From: Octopus vulgaris
Taxonomy: Eukaryota
DNA length: 64,000 bases
Reading direction: 5' to 3'
NCBI GenBank assembly: GCA_951406725.2
Contig: OX597822.1
Location: 78,616,001-78,680,000, forward strand
This document shows, one piece after another, positions 26,008-39,964 of this stretch. The notes beneath the pieces were generated by a model. It saw nothing but the letters and a program-made list of their open reading frames with translations, did not search any database and had not been told where the DNA came from. The first letter of the stretch is position 1, and each line of letters starts with the position of its first letter. The position numbers and the translations under genes were made by a program.

Positions 26008-29000
26008 AGCAGCAGCAGCAGCACATTCAATTCGCAGATATTGTTTTCTAAGTATCTTTTTAGTCAGCGTTCTGTATGTATGATAAAATGTACCCAGTGC
26101 ATCCTGTAAAACGGACATCCAGCCGAAAAAAAAAGTCCCAAACTAAACAAAAATGACATATGCAATAACAAAGGATTTGCAGTTTTCTTTTCTTCTTTGC
26201 TGTGTCGCAACAAGAGGGACCCCATACGACTCATACCAGCAGGGAAAAACAGGCATCAACTGATGATAATGACGAGGACGGTGATGTGTATTCGTTTGTT
26301 TATTCAAAGCTCAGCTTCCACCCCCACCCTCAATCTGAATATGCTCTGCTACATTATGTATCAAATATTTTTTCATCTCTTTCTCTCTTAGCAAAATATA
26401 TCTCACGCACTCGTTTTATTATTAAATGGTTAAGGCGACCGCAAAATGCGAAGTGGCATTTCATTCAAGTTTTACACTCAGAGTTCAGATGCCACCAAGG
26501 TTGACTTGGCTTTTCACCCTTTCGGGGTTGATAAAATAAGTACTAGTTGAGTACTGGGGGTCAGTGTAATCCACAACCCACTTCTCAAAATTGCCGGCCT
26601 TCTGCCAAAATTTAGAAAAAATTATTATAGTTAACTAGTTATCTAATTAACCATTTGATTGATTAATCAAACTTGTTTTGTTTGATTAACCAATCACTCG
26701 ATCAATTTATTGATTAGTTAATTGTTTAATTGGTAGTAATAATAAATTAAATAGAACCAGCATGTGTTTATCTTAATGACCCACACAAGGTACAAAAACC
26801 TTGCTATTATGGTTTATCTTTTACTTGTCTGTCATTAGACTGCGGCCATGCTGGGGCACCGTATCGAGGAGTTTTTAATCGATCGAATCGACCCTAGTAC
26901 TTTTTTTTATCATCGATACTTATTTTATCGGTCATTTTTACAGAACCGCGAAGTCACGGGAACGTAAACAGACCATCACCGTTTGCCAATCGATGGTCAC
27001 ACATACTCACGCGCACACGCACGTTTATATACATGACGGGCTTTTTTCAGTTTCTGTCTACAGAATCCACTCCAAAGGCTTTGGTCGGCCCGAGGCTATA
27101 ATAGATGACGGTTACCAAAGGTGCCACGCAGTGGGACTGAACCTGGAATCATGCGATTGGGAAGCAATTAAAATAAAATAAAATAAGAAAAAAAACTCCC
27201 AAGTCAGTGAAGTATTATTGGGGCTGAAAGTATCACCTGGACCCTATGGTATAGGAGACCGAAGGTAACCAGAACCTTCCTCCCAGCTGCAGAAATTCAG
27301 TTTGTCGAAGGTACACGATCTTAAAGCTGAGCGCTGCCGCTTATTTTCTTGGGATGTGCTCTCTCCTAGCTTTTGTCTTCTTGGACTAACTACCTACAAG
27401 ACAGCAGGACAGTGACACGTTAAGTGTCGGAGGCTATCCACTCGAAAAAGCCTGCCCTCTATATCGCTGGCTTCTACTTGCTGTTCTGCGCCCCCTCTCC
27501 CAATTAAACTGGAGCCATAAAGCAACCAGCTATCGTGTGACTGCGGTGGCTACCAGCTACTGAGCGGTGGGTGTCTTGTGGATGTAGAAGCTATGTACTA
27601 GCAATGTAGACTCACGGGGTTCTAGCCACTGACAGCAGCGCATCGCGTCGCTCTTGTTCGCGCGCGCACACACACACACTATATCTAGCACGTGCTGACT
27701 TACATACTATACATCGAATTCGCTGACCATTATTTTCAGCTGTGGCTTCTTTGATTTTGTGTGTGTATGCGAGTGTGTATTATACTCTTTTGTTTCAGTC
27801 ATTTGACTGCGGCCATGCTGGAGCAAAGTCGTAAAAGATTTTAGTCGAACAAATCGACCCCAGGACTTATTCTTAGTAAGCCTAGTACTTATTCTATCGG
27901 TTATTTTAGCCGAACCGCTATGTTAAGGGGACGTAAACATGCCAACATCTGTTGTCGAGCGGTGGCGGGAGGATAGACACACAAATACTTACATACATAT
28001 ATACGGCGGGCTTCTTTCAGTTTTCGTCTACCAAATCCACTTACAAGGCTTTGGTCGACCCAAGGCAATAGTAGAAGACACTTGCCCAAAGTGTCACGCA
28101 GTGGGACTTAACCCAGAACCATGTAGTTGGAAAGCAAGCGTGTTACCACACAGCCCTCCCAATCCTTGATGTACAGCTTCTGTTGCATGGGACATGAATA
28201 TTTAGCTGGAGAGGCTAGGTTTTAATTTAGGCTTGTGCCTCACCTCTCGCTCCTCCTGGTAGTGTTACGTGTAATTATACACATACACACGCACATGGTT
28301 AGTCCTACACAACTGTGTGTGTGTGTGTAACATTTTGAATGAAAGGCAATAATCATCTTAAGAGTCATGGCTTTTAGAGTGACTGAAGCCCAGCCTGAAC
28401 ATCTGCAAGAAAAATGTGTCTGTGTGTAATGAAGTGTGAATTGAATGGTCTAAATGGTAACCAGTCAACCATGAAGTGTGCAGTGAGGGGGAATGGAGTC
28501 CTTCTTAGCTTTTTTTTTCTCACAGGTTTTGATTTTTTTTTAAATATAATTTTTATCATTGCAGTTTTGGTTGAGTAAAATTTAAACCCCTGCAAAATAG
28601 TTTCTTCAATATCACCACTCTGTCCTTGGATGCCTTGAGTGATGCTTATTCTGTGACAAAAATTCGGGCCTCCATCTCCTGCAATTTCTCACAAGACTGA
28701 ATGGGTCACCATTACTTTTCCTACTGACCGCCGGCACGTGCGCGCGCGTTTATTTACATACATACATACATAAATAATAAATCAAAAAATCAAAAAAAAT
28801 TTTTTTTAAATAAAAAAAAAAAAATCGCTGGAATTAAATTATTCAATCCCGCCGTCCTCGTGTAAAGCAGTAGCTAAGGTAGTGTTAACATTTTATGTAG
28901 TGAGCTTTTAATATATGATTAGAAACATACTGTGAAGGGAACAGGAATTTTTTAGTGGACTTCCACAGCGAAGCATATATGGATGTATGTGCGAATTAGA

Positions 29001-29390
29001 CAGACAGACAGACAGACAGACAGAGGGATACACATGGTAAGAAGTTTGCTTCTCATCTACGTGGTTCCGTGTTCGGTCCCCGAGTCCCGTGCAGACGAAA
29101 GTCGTGAGTGGATTTCGTAGGTGGAAAATGAAGGAAGCCCATCGTGTATGTGTGTGTGTCCACCACCACTTGACAACCGCTGCTGGTTTGTCTACGTCCC
29201 TGTAATGTAAAGAACTATAGAATAAGTATTACTCTTCAAAAAAAAAAAAAAAAAACTGGAGTCGATTCATTCGATTAAACCCTTCAAGAAAGTGTCCCAG
29301 CATGGCCGCATGCCAATGACTGAAACAAATCAATGATATATATTATATAATGCATGCACGTTCGACACTAACTGTTCTCTTTGTCTCCAG

Positions 29391-29931
29391 TCAGTTTCTA
29401 GTCGTCTGTAGGTTTGTTCAGACGATAAAAACCGGGAGGGATTTATAGAGAAAGAGAGAAACTCGTGTAGTTGCCGTACTCTTTTACCAGTTACTAAATC
29501 CCAATATTTTTGCTGAAATGTTGTTTAGGGACAGAGATTTCACACACAGATATTTAAGACTGTCTCTTAGAATGTTTGACATTAGAAACTAGCTACAGTT
29601 GCACAGTCAGTGCTATAACTTACCTAACGGAAGGGCGATGGTGGAGGGTGTGAGTACTTGATACTATGTCGATAATATTATTGGTTGGCAATGTCGGTGA
29701 TAATGTTTCTCGTGGTATATTATTTGCGTTAACTAGATTGATAGTAACTGAATAACCGATCCTGCTAACTCTGCTACTCACTGGAGGGTTCACTCACCCG
29801 TCTCCTTTATTGGGTGGGGCCCGGCAATGGTAACCACCAGTAACCGTTTTCTTGGGTCTCTGCCATTGGTTTAATTTCATTTCAAAATCATAGAAAAATT
29901 GAGTTCATTTCAAAATCATAGAAAAATTGAG
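29391..29931 (+). other. Candidate non-coding (5'UTR) exon of TMEM198
   Basis: Branch point CACTAAC, pyrimidine tract and tctccAG at 29389-29390; donor GAG|GTAAGA at 29932. Unique sequence with no long ORF. Confidence 0.4.
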
Positions 29932-31955
29932 GTAAGAAAGCTTATGTAAAAATTTCTTGCTTTTTATACCCCCATCTCTGCCAGACCCTGTGTCCGACTA
30001 TCTTACTTTCTCTGTCTGCCAGTTTGTCTCTCCGCCTTTGTTTTTCTATTTCTATTATTTGCTGTCTCAAACTCTCTCCTCTCTTTGCAAGCTGAACTTT
30101 TACACTTCAACTTTAATCACTTTGTAAATAATAAACTGGTTATATTTAACTACCGTATTTGATAGCTTATCAATGGTTCCCGACTACTTTTGCACCACGG
30201 ACTGGGAAACCACGCTCGTAACAACGCAAAAAATGCATAATATATAAATTATTACATATACAACGCAAAAATATCCTGCAAGCTCGCAGCCTGTATAATT
30301 TTAAAATTTATTCTTTCTGTGCTGCCCGGTTCCAGATGATCCACTGCCTGGCCCGATGGTTGGAGTCCTCTGGCTTATAAGATGCACCACTCCCCCAAAA
30401 CTTCAAAACGCCCCTCAGGGTCTTCTATACGAAGTTTGATTTCCCATAGGCTAATTTTGTAACTGGCGCTCACTTTTTTTACTGAACATGTTCTCTTGAA
30501 ATCAGGGTGCATCAAATATACCCCGTGTGTTTTGTGTATGCCATCAAATAGGGTAAGTTTCGGCCAAAGATTCGCCCAGGCCGTGTTTAACTTAGTAACA
30601 CCACCCGATAAAATATGTTGAGTCATTTTCAAGTCAAGTTTTGCGACATTTTTGTCGGTAAGAGAAGCCTATTATAATATATAAATATAATTTGACTTGT
30701 TCCGACTCGAAACAGATATTCTCGGTGCACTGTGGTTATTTGAACCTAGGATCCGACTAACTGAACTACGTATACAAAAGTAACGGCAAACAAGTGATCT
30801 CAGTAACTAACTTTGAATAATAATAAACTGCAGAATGTCGGTCCTTCTGTCATTCAGTGCCTGTCAGTGTGAAGCGTCTGTCTATAAGCGTCTAATTGTC
30901 TGTCTGTGTAAATGTGTGTGTATGTGTAAATGTATTTGTCTCCTATATATGTATGTGAGTGTTCGTGTTATGCGAATTTACCTGTCTGTCTGTTCGTGTG
31001 CGCGTACGCTTGATTGTCTCTGTTGCTATGAGCCCCTCTCTCTTCTTCCTCGCTTTCACTCCCCTCTCTCCCTCCCTATCTCTCTCTCTCTCTCTCTCTC
31101 TCTCTAATAAATTGTTGCATGGAATTTAATTAATACGTATAAATATTCAAACAAGTACGATAATATCTAACACATATTCCGTATAGGCAAACGCACACAC
31201 AATGTGTTTGACCTAAATATCAGCTTCATTCAAAGAAAAGAAAAGCAGGGAAAAGACAAAAAGTAAGAAAGGTGTATGTTGTAATATTTAGAGAGGGGTG
31301 GGGGGGGGGAGATTCAAGAAAAGAAACTACATCGTTATGACAAGTCTTTAAGTCTTCAGCCTTTCCGTCATTCCTTCTAGTAGTTTGGTTTGAAGAGAAC
31401 ATCATCATCATTATTTTTTCGTAGTTCTCATTCTTCACATCCTCGTTATTTCTTTTATTTAATATCTTTCTTTTTTTTTTCGCATTTGTTCTTTAAATTA
31501 TAAATGTACAAACACACGCACATACCTTACACGCACATATCTATTACATGCACACACAAACTTACGCGCACACACATACACACACACATTTCAACCAATC
31601 GGTGTCAGAGCCTGATTTATTTGAATAAGGGAGAAGGGGGTGGGGTTCCTCTAGATCCTAACTGAAAGTCAAATCCTGGTCGACTGCCCTCCACCCCCCA
31701 TATCCATACACTATTTACATGCGAGATATATTAGAAATCCTTTATTGTTATTTAGTCTTTCTTATATCTCATCTACTTGTCTGAAATAACGAAGAAAAAA
31801 AAAAGGGGGGATTCTTTTACTTTGGAAGATTTTTTGAATAAACAAGAAATTAGAATCACAACAATAATAAATAAAATTGAAAATGCTAAATAAAAAATAT
31901 TCGTGGCTTCTATTTGAGAAAGAAATTAATCTTCCATGTGTATATGCTTCTAATG

Positions 31956-32006
<51 letters not shown>

Positions 32007-32457
32007 CACACACATGCATACATATATACAGCTGTTTATCATACATATATGCTTGTATGTTTATTATGTATACACGTTAATATATACATATTTTGTTATG
32101 TATATGCACACGCTGTCCATACATTTGTGTGTATGTCTGCGTATGTATACATTGCTTATTTAATTTTGAAAAAAAAATATGAAAAAACTATAAGTGTATT
32201 TTAATTATGCATGTGTATACAAGTTTATACATATGTCTGTTGTACTTGCATACAAATAATATACGTACATTTGTGAGTGTGCATGTGAAAGAATGTGTGT
32301 ATGTGTATACATAACTTATTTAATTTAGAGAAAAAATGGAAAATAAATTTGGTAAAGGAAGATATGGATTTTTAATAATAAATTCGGAACGCAAGCCTTT
32401 GTGTGTGGCATTCTGTATTCACTAACATCTTTTTCTTTTTTTTTTTTATCACTATAG

Positions 32458-32465
32458 AGTAACAA
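32458..32465 (+). other. Candidate 8-nt (or 6-nt) microexon
   Basis: ttcACTAAC branch point, ~20-nt T tract, then tatAG|AGTAACAA|GTAAGT. Confidence 0.4.
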
Positions 32466-32589
32466 GTAAGTTCCTAGTTAAAATGTGCGCTTGCCTGGAT
32501 GTGTGGTTATGGCGTTCTTTTTGCAACCACAATTCCTGGATAGATCTTAATGTGCAACACGCCACTGGGCCAGTGTCTTCTCTCAAGGC

Positions 32590-33000
32590 AAACTTGAGAG
32601 AAATTAGATTCACAAAACTTTAGAAGTCTATCAGGTGGATGAACGTGTTTTAGGGTGGTGTCACGAGGCGTTTTGCTGATGCTTGAGTTCAGCTGGTCAA
32701 CGAAGACATATTCCTTTGGCTGCGTGAATAATTGTTGAAGTAAACTGTAATATTTTGTGCTGGATATAAAGATATTTGGTGTTGGCAACATTAATAATTG
32801 CTGAATGAGAGGAGAGGAAAACTGCACTGGAAATATAGAAAGCTATCTGTGTGACATCATATGGTCAGTCCAAAAATATATGAAGTCATCTGCACAAATC
32901 GCTGAGGCAATCAGCAGTACATTGGCCATCTGCCTGGCAAGAATGGAGGTATGTGAGTCAGTTAGCCGCCTTCAACTTGCAGCAATTAGGAAAATGTCAA
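32590..33000 (-). mobile_element. Possible decayed LINE APE-endonuclease fragment
   Basis: Minus-strand peptide ...KEYVFVDQLNSSISKTP...DRLLKFCESN loosely resembles RTE endonuclease motifs F..QL...I...P and RLL.FC..N. Confidence 0.35.
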
Positions 33001-34718
33001 AAACGGTTCTTATAGGAGACAAGAAATCAAACTTTAGAACATTCAAAGAAACTATATCACTCCACAGTTTCATGGTGATTGGTCAGTTTATAGTCTGATC
33101 ATATGAAATTACAGTAGTTCACTGATGGCATCTGACCGAGTATCTAGGCGGCTAGGTTTTGAATCCCCCACAACAGTAATAACCTAGATAATCACAATCA
33201 CTCAGCCTTTGGGTACCTTTTTAGTAGAGTCCAATATGTAGCAAGAATTCAGGCTCCGGTCTGTGAGTAAGATAAAGTTGGGATGCACTGATTCTAACTG
33301 CATTCACCGAGCTTTTATTTTTTTAACCTTTTACAGTTAGACTATGGTCATGCTGGAGCACCACCTCGCTCTTTACTTGTTTCAGTCATTTGACTGTGGC
33401 CATGCTGGAGCACTGCTTTAGTCAAGCAAATCGATCCCAAGACTTATTCTTTGTAAGCCTAGTACTTATTCTATCGGGGTTTTTTTTTTGCCAAACAGCT
33501 AAGTTACAGGGGCGTAAATATAGCATCGGTTGTCAAGCGACGTGGGGGGGGGGGGGGCACATACACACACACACACATACATGACAGGCTTCTTTCAGTT
33601 TCTGTCTACCAAATCCACTCACAAAGCTTTGGTCTGTCCGAGGCTATAATAGAAGACACTTGCCCAAGGTGCCACATAGTGGGACTGAACTCGGAACCAT
33701 GTGGTTCGTAAGCAAGCTACTTACCACACAGCCACTCCTACGCCTCATCCTCAGTACTTATTCTACTGGTGCCTTTTTCGCTGAACCACTAAGTTACGGA
33801 GGCATAAACAAACTAGCATGTGGGTCAAGCACACACAAACACACGTATATACATGATGGGCTTCCGCACAGTTTTTGCTAAATTCACCCACAAGGCTTTG
33901 GTTGACCCATTACTATATTAAAAGGCACTTGCCCAAGGTGTTGTGCAGTGAGACTGAACCCAAACCCGCATGGTTACAAAACAAACTTGTTAACCACACA
34001 GCCATAAAGACATTTTTTTTTTTTTTGAAGTGCCTGTTTATTCAATTTCTTTTGACTCTTATTCCTCTGTCCTATATAAGGAATCAATATAAAATACAGG
34101 CTTTGTTCTCTGGATAATTAATTGATGAGAGCGAGAGAGAATCTATTTTGTCTTTTATCTCTGATGGTGTAAAATATATGTAATGTACTAATGCTCTCTT
34201 TTAAGCTTTTTTTATACCAACTCACTAAGTGTTCATATTTGAATTAAAACCTCAATTAAAAAAGTCTCATTACAACATTAATGAGAGATAATGAGGATTC
34301 TGTTCTACATTTGAACCAGTCTTTTAATTTTTTATTTATTTTAGTCATTAGATTGTGGCCATGCTGGGGCACTGCCTTGATGGAGTTTAGTCAAAGAAAT
34401 CAACCTTGTTATTTATATTTTTTAAATCTGTTGTTCTATCAGTCTCTTTTACCGAACTGCTAAATTACAGGGATGTAAACAAATCAACGCCAGCAGTTTT
34501 GCACACACTCACTCACTTATGATGAGGTTCTACACAGTTTCTGTCAACTAATTCTCTCACAAGGTATTGGTTGGCCTGGGTTTATAGTAGAAGACACTTT
34601 CCCCAAGGAGCCATGCAGTGGGACTGAACCTGGAACCTTGTGGTTGGGAAGCAAACTTCTTACCACACAGCCATGCCTGCATCTACCCCACATTTATTTT
34701 GTGTGTGTGTATGCACAC

Positions 34719-35542
34719 ATATAGGTTGCAGTGAAGTGAATAAGCTATCATCTGAATTATGCACAAACTTACCAAAATTACATAAAAACATCTTGAAATA
34801 CTAAAAAGTAAATTTATTCAATAAAATCACCATTGGCTTCAACCACGGACTTCAGATGACTTCGGAATCTGCTGCATCTCTTCTGGACGAAACTGATGAA
34901 TACTGCCATAATCCTAGCCATCAGTTTAGCTTTGGTATTGCAAGGAGTTTTGTTGGTCTCTTGCTCAACTGCACCCCACACATAATAATCAAAGGGGTTG
35001 CAGTCTGGTGAGTTAGGTGGCCAGATGTTAGGGGTGATGTGGTCACAGAAATTGTCTGACAGCCATGACTGGGATCTCCTGCTTGTGTGGCATGGTGCCA
35101 AGTCCTGTTGCCAGACATAGGGTCTTCCAGCAGGTACCCTCTTGATCCAGAGCAGGACTACCTTCTCCAGGCACTTGATGCAGGCGGCCGTGTGGGAAGA
35201 TGAATGAAGGTATTACGTCACCATCACTAGTGACCACTCCAAACACCATGATGTTGACAGAATGTTAGATTTTTATCACTCTCAGTACATGTCTTCAGAT
35301 TGCACTGTCCTCAGGTTGACACTCAAACACTCTGAAATGTTCATATTGGATCTTCCGGCGTGAATGGCAAGCTGTACAGCATGTTGTTTCCAAATTTCTG
35401 GCAGAGTGAATTGCATCATGGTGCTGTTTTTCTCACAGACTGTGCCCTACTGACCCTACTATACGGTGTAATCAACAAAATCAATAACAATGCGCAAAAT
35501 TTAGAATATAAAATGGCAACAGTTTGTCCATAGCACCTTGTA
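34719..35542 (-). mobile_element. Tc1/mariner superfamily DD37D (maT) transposon relic, internally deleted and frameshifted
   Basis: N-terminal HTH-like MMQFTLPEIWKQHAVQLAIHAGRSNMNISECLSVNLRTVQ from 35419; MVFGVVTSDG; VWQQDLAPCHT...WPPNSPDCNPFDYYVWG with 37 residues between the 2nd and 3rd Asp. Decayed TA-flanked TIRs. Confidence 0.88.
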
Positions 35543-36032
35543 TGTATATATCATATATACATAAATATTTTATTTAAACATACTTACATATATATACATA
35601 CATATACACACTCACATTCATATACATATAGACAGACAGATAGACATATTGCTCTTTAACCCTTTTCATATCGATCTACTTGAAACCACCCATAGTTCTC
35701 TGATACAAGCTTTCCGTTTTTAAGGGATCTAGTATCTTCCATTAAAATTCCATGTTCATTTCTGTTGCAAATGACAGCTTAATAAGAACAAAGTTACTAA
35801 ATTCTGCATTAATTTCCAAAATCAATTAAAAGCAATGTATTTCAACAGAAATATGCCAACAAAAGGATTATCTTTTATTGTGTATCTTTTACTTGTTTCA
35901 GTCATTAGATTGTGACCATGCTGGAGCACTGCTTTGAGTGTGGTCATGCTTGAGCACTACCTTAATGTTTTCTTTTTACATAATTTATTTTTGTTTTTAA
36001 TTGTTTTTTTTTCTTTTCTTGTATATTTCCAG

Positions 36033-36222
36033 ATTTGAAACCCTGACGAACCACTTCATTCATTGGTTTATTATGGCAACAATAATCGAGTAAAACTAAA
36101 AAGGAGGAAAAATAAAAAAAAGAACCCCTTTTTCTCACAAGAAGAAAAGAAAGGGGTGAAAGAGAGAGAGACATAACAGAAATCTGTCCAAAAAGTTCTG
36201 ATGTGTTTTAACCGTTGAAGTT
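36033..36222 (+). other. TMEM198: 5'UTR part of the first coding exon of TMEM198, with two short uORFs
   Basis: Long pyrimidine tract and ttccAG acceptor at 36031-36032. uORFs are ATG GCA ACA ATA ATC GAG TAA (36073) and ATG TGT TTT AAC CGT TGA (36201). Confidence 0.6.
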
Positions 36223-36427
36223 ATGGAGACATCAGAGCTGTCACCACCACACGTAAACCACCCACTTCCACAATTAATGTTTAGAACCACAGTGTTCCCA
36301 AACAATATAAGCATGAGCCCAAGTCGGAGGCCTGCACGCTGTGCCAAGATTGATTACGACTACACAGTCATTCCAGCTGTGATATGTTCCATGTGTTTTC
36401 TCTTTGGAATTGTCTACACATTCTTTG
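36223..36427 (+). CDS. TMEM198: TMEM198 coding exon 1 (N-terminus and first TM helix)
   Basis: METSELS...C.....Y.VIPAVICSMCFLFGIVYTFFG matches vertebrate TMEM198 (PALVCIMCCLFGVVYCFFG, recalled). Phase-1 donor G|GTAAGT at 36428. Confidence 0.92.
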
Positions 36428-39400
36428 GTAAGTTTACTAATTGACCCTTATCTTGTCCCTTTATTTGCCTATCCTTTTTCTTCTTGTTTTTCTTGTTCTC
36501 TCTCTCTTTCCTTTGCTGTCTCTTTCTTGCTGTCTTTCTCTTACACTCTCACCCTCTCTCTTGCTCTCTCCTTCTACCTCTTACTCTCTTTCCCCCTATG
36601 CCCTCTCTCACACGCATTCTGCTTTGGTTTGAGTTTTTGGTCTTAAGCTTCCATTCTCACTGCTTTCCATTTCCCTAGCTGACTCATTCTTATACCTTGT
36701 GCATGCACCCCCAATTTACTCATCTTCCTTCATCACCATCACCATATGTCATACCCATGGGTATGACAGATATCCTCCACCACTGGATTTTGAGATTTGT
36801 TGCAATCCTTTGTTATCTTCTTGAGCTCCTTTTATCCAGATATCCTTCATCACTGCTTTCTACATCTCCTTTGGACTACTTCTTCTGACAGCTCCTTCTA
36901 CTTGGATCACTTGATCCTTCATCATCAGCCCCTACAAAAAGAGGACACAATAGAACTTGTTCTACAGAAGATCTCCTGGAGCAATAATACAAACTCACCC
37001 AAACACAAAGGCATTGTCTATAATTCAAGACTCTGCCTGCAGATTTTATTCCTCAATTTTAAGTAAAGATGGGCTATACAGTTGAGAAGGTTGCTTCCCA
37101 ACCAAATGTTTCTGGGTACAGTCCCACTGCATGGCACTTTGGGCTTGTGTCTTCTGCTATAGCCCTGGGTTGATCAATTCCTTGCGAGCAGATTTGCTTG
37201 ATGGAAACTGAAAGAAGCCATCATCTGTGTGTGTGTGTACCTTTGTCTTAATATCACATGGTAGTTGTAAAAAAGTATCACTGTCATACAAGTAAGGTTG
37301 TTCATTCCCAGTGTTCTGTGTGAAATATTACTTTACTTGGAAACAAGTGAGAACTGGTGACAGGAAGGGGCATCTTGTGGACTACCATTTTAAATTGAGT
37401 TTCTTCAAGTTCTGAGTTCAAATTGCTCCTAGGTTGACATTTGATTTCATTTCCTCTTGAATCTACCATCATCATTATCACATTAATGTCCACTTGTCCA
37501 TGCTTACATGGGTCAGACAGAATTTATTGAGATAGATTTTCTATGGCTGAAAATTGTTTCTAAGCAAGGTAATATTTTCCCATGGCCAGACATGATTTTG
37601 CAGAATACTGCAAATGAATGATGCAGCTTTGATTAACAGTGACAACCATTTTACAACAATCACACAGTGTTGAAACAAGGAGACACACAAGAGAATTCTT
37701 TCAGTTTCTCCTTACCAAATTCACTGAGAAAGCTTTCGTTAGTTTGGGGCTATGACAGAAAACACCTGCCCAAGGTGCCATACAGTGAAACTGAACCCAG
37801 GACCATGTGGTTGGGAAGCAAACTTCATAACCACACAGCTGTGTCTTACTTAAAAATAATTAAAGATGGGTGTTGGGAAAGGCATCTGTCTGTAGAATAT
37901 TACTTCAAAAAGTTTTATATTACCCGGTTGCTCTCAACCAGGGTCCATGTAAGATTTTTTTGTTAAAATTTATTTGCAATAAAGTGGTTTTATTTCTACA
38001 AGGCACAAAATATTTTAACAATTTTTTTTTATACATTTCCTAATAATATTTAATTATAAAACTGCAATAGGGTCTTTTTTAAACATTGAATGGTTACGAA
38101 GGTCCATCCAAGTAAAATAGGAATCTAAAGGGTCCATAGCTAAAAAAAAAAGGGTTGAGAACCATTGGTGTAACCCATCCAAGCATTCAGAAGAAGACAT
38201 CAAATGGTGATGTGTTCTTCTGGAGATTTTTATGCAAATTGCTGGAGCAGTTATCCTTTACATTAAGATGATGCTTACCACCCTCTACTTTTTATTTTTC
38301 TATTTATCCGAGTTGAAGATTACTTTTTCAGATCTTGTATCTTGTTTTGCATTTTTTTGTCTGTAGTTGTCCTCCCATCGTTTCTTTCCTTGTCTATCCA
38401 TAATCTCAGCTTTAAATTTAAGCCTGACATAATTTATAACAATAGAAACCATACATACAGCTGTCAGCTGCCCCCATGACATCACAAATGTTATAAATAG
38501 GTCCCAGCAACTGGGTTGTTGTTGTTGTTGTTGTTATTATTATTAAAATAAGTACCAGTTAGGTACTGGGATCGATGTAATCAACTGTCCCCTTCCCCCA
38601 AATGTGAGGCCTTGTGCTTCTAGTAGAGTATATTATTATTATTATTAAGGTGGCGAGCTGGCAGAATTGTTAGCATGCCAGACCCAACATTCGAAAGGAG
38701 CTTAGCCACTTTGCCTCCGTGAGACCCAACACTCAAAAGGTGTTTCTTATGTGCTACTGGCCTGGGTGCCAGTTATGTGGCACTAGCATTAGCCACAACT
38801 ATGATTTCACTTGGCTTAGTCTTAAAGGAAATAAACCAAGAAATAACACTTAACTTTAATCTGTTATCTTGTACATGTTCCAGTTGTTGTGCTGTAGTCA
38901 TGTTGGGACTTGAACTGATTGATCCCAGTCCTTATTTTTTAAGTCTATCAGTTTCTTTTGTTGAACTGTTAAGTCATGGTAATGTAAACAAACCAACAAC
39001 AGTTCTCAAGTGGTGGTGGGGGGGGGAGAAATAATAATGGTAATGATTGTGAATGAATACCACTCTCTTGAGAAATTTGTTTTATCAGTTCTTTGTTTTT
39101 TTTGTGTGTGTGATTAAAGAATGATATTAGGTTTTAGACACAATGTTTGGGTACAGTACCTCTGACATTTAACAGTTCTGTTGTCAGTTTGACTGTTCTT
39201 AACCCTCACACCGTTTTCTAAAACAGATCTGATGGCTTATGTTATGCCTCTGACCGTAGTTTCATACAGATGGATTTGAAGCCTCTTTTGTCATTCATTA
39301 TCCTCCTCATCATCATTTAACACCCGTTTTCCATGTTGGCATGAGTTGCATGGTTTGACAGGAGCTGGTAAACCAAATAGCTGCACCAGTTTCCAGTTGT

Positions 39401-39737
39401 CTGGTATGATTTCTACAGCTAGATGCCAACGATTTTATGGGGTATACTGGGTGGTTTTTATTTGGCACCAGCATGGCTGCTTTATATATGGCACCAGCAC
39501 AAGTGCCTTTTACATGACACCAGCATAAGTGCTTTTTACTTGGCATAATGTGATATTCTTGTATTGTTTTTTAGCCCAATCAGTCTTGTTAAATGAAATG
39601 GTCATGACTGTAATATTTTTGCTTATAAGTTTGCACTTTTTTTTGTTGCAAATACTGTATTTGACTGCATAAAAGATGCACAGGTATAAGGCACACCCTG
39701 ATTTCAGATGCAGTGTAAAAAAAAGGTTTTTCGTGTA

Positions 39738-39964
39738 TTAACTCTTTAGCATTCAGATTACTTTGTCAAATGTAATGCTTTATTTTTGACTTTGCTTTAA
39801 ATTAATCATACTTTATTCTGTAGCATTGAGATATTGCTGGTATGATTGCTTATTTTTTGAATGACAATGTAGGGTAGGTGTGAGAGGCTGGATCTGGCTG
39901 GATTGAACATTAAATAAAGAGAATATTTGGACCAGATTTGACTGGTTTAAATGCTAAAGGGTTA
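39738..39964. mobile_element. piggyBac-like MITE (TTAA-flanked, CCCTTTAGCATT TIRs)
   Basis: ttaactctttagcatt ... aatgctaaagggttaa. Related copies lie at ~7790, 18243, 57532, 57887 and 63700. Confidence 0.6.
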
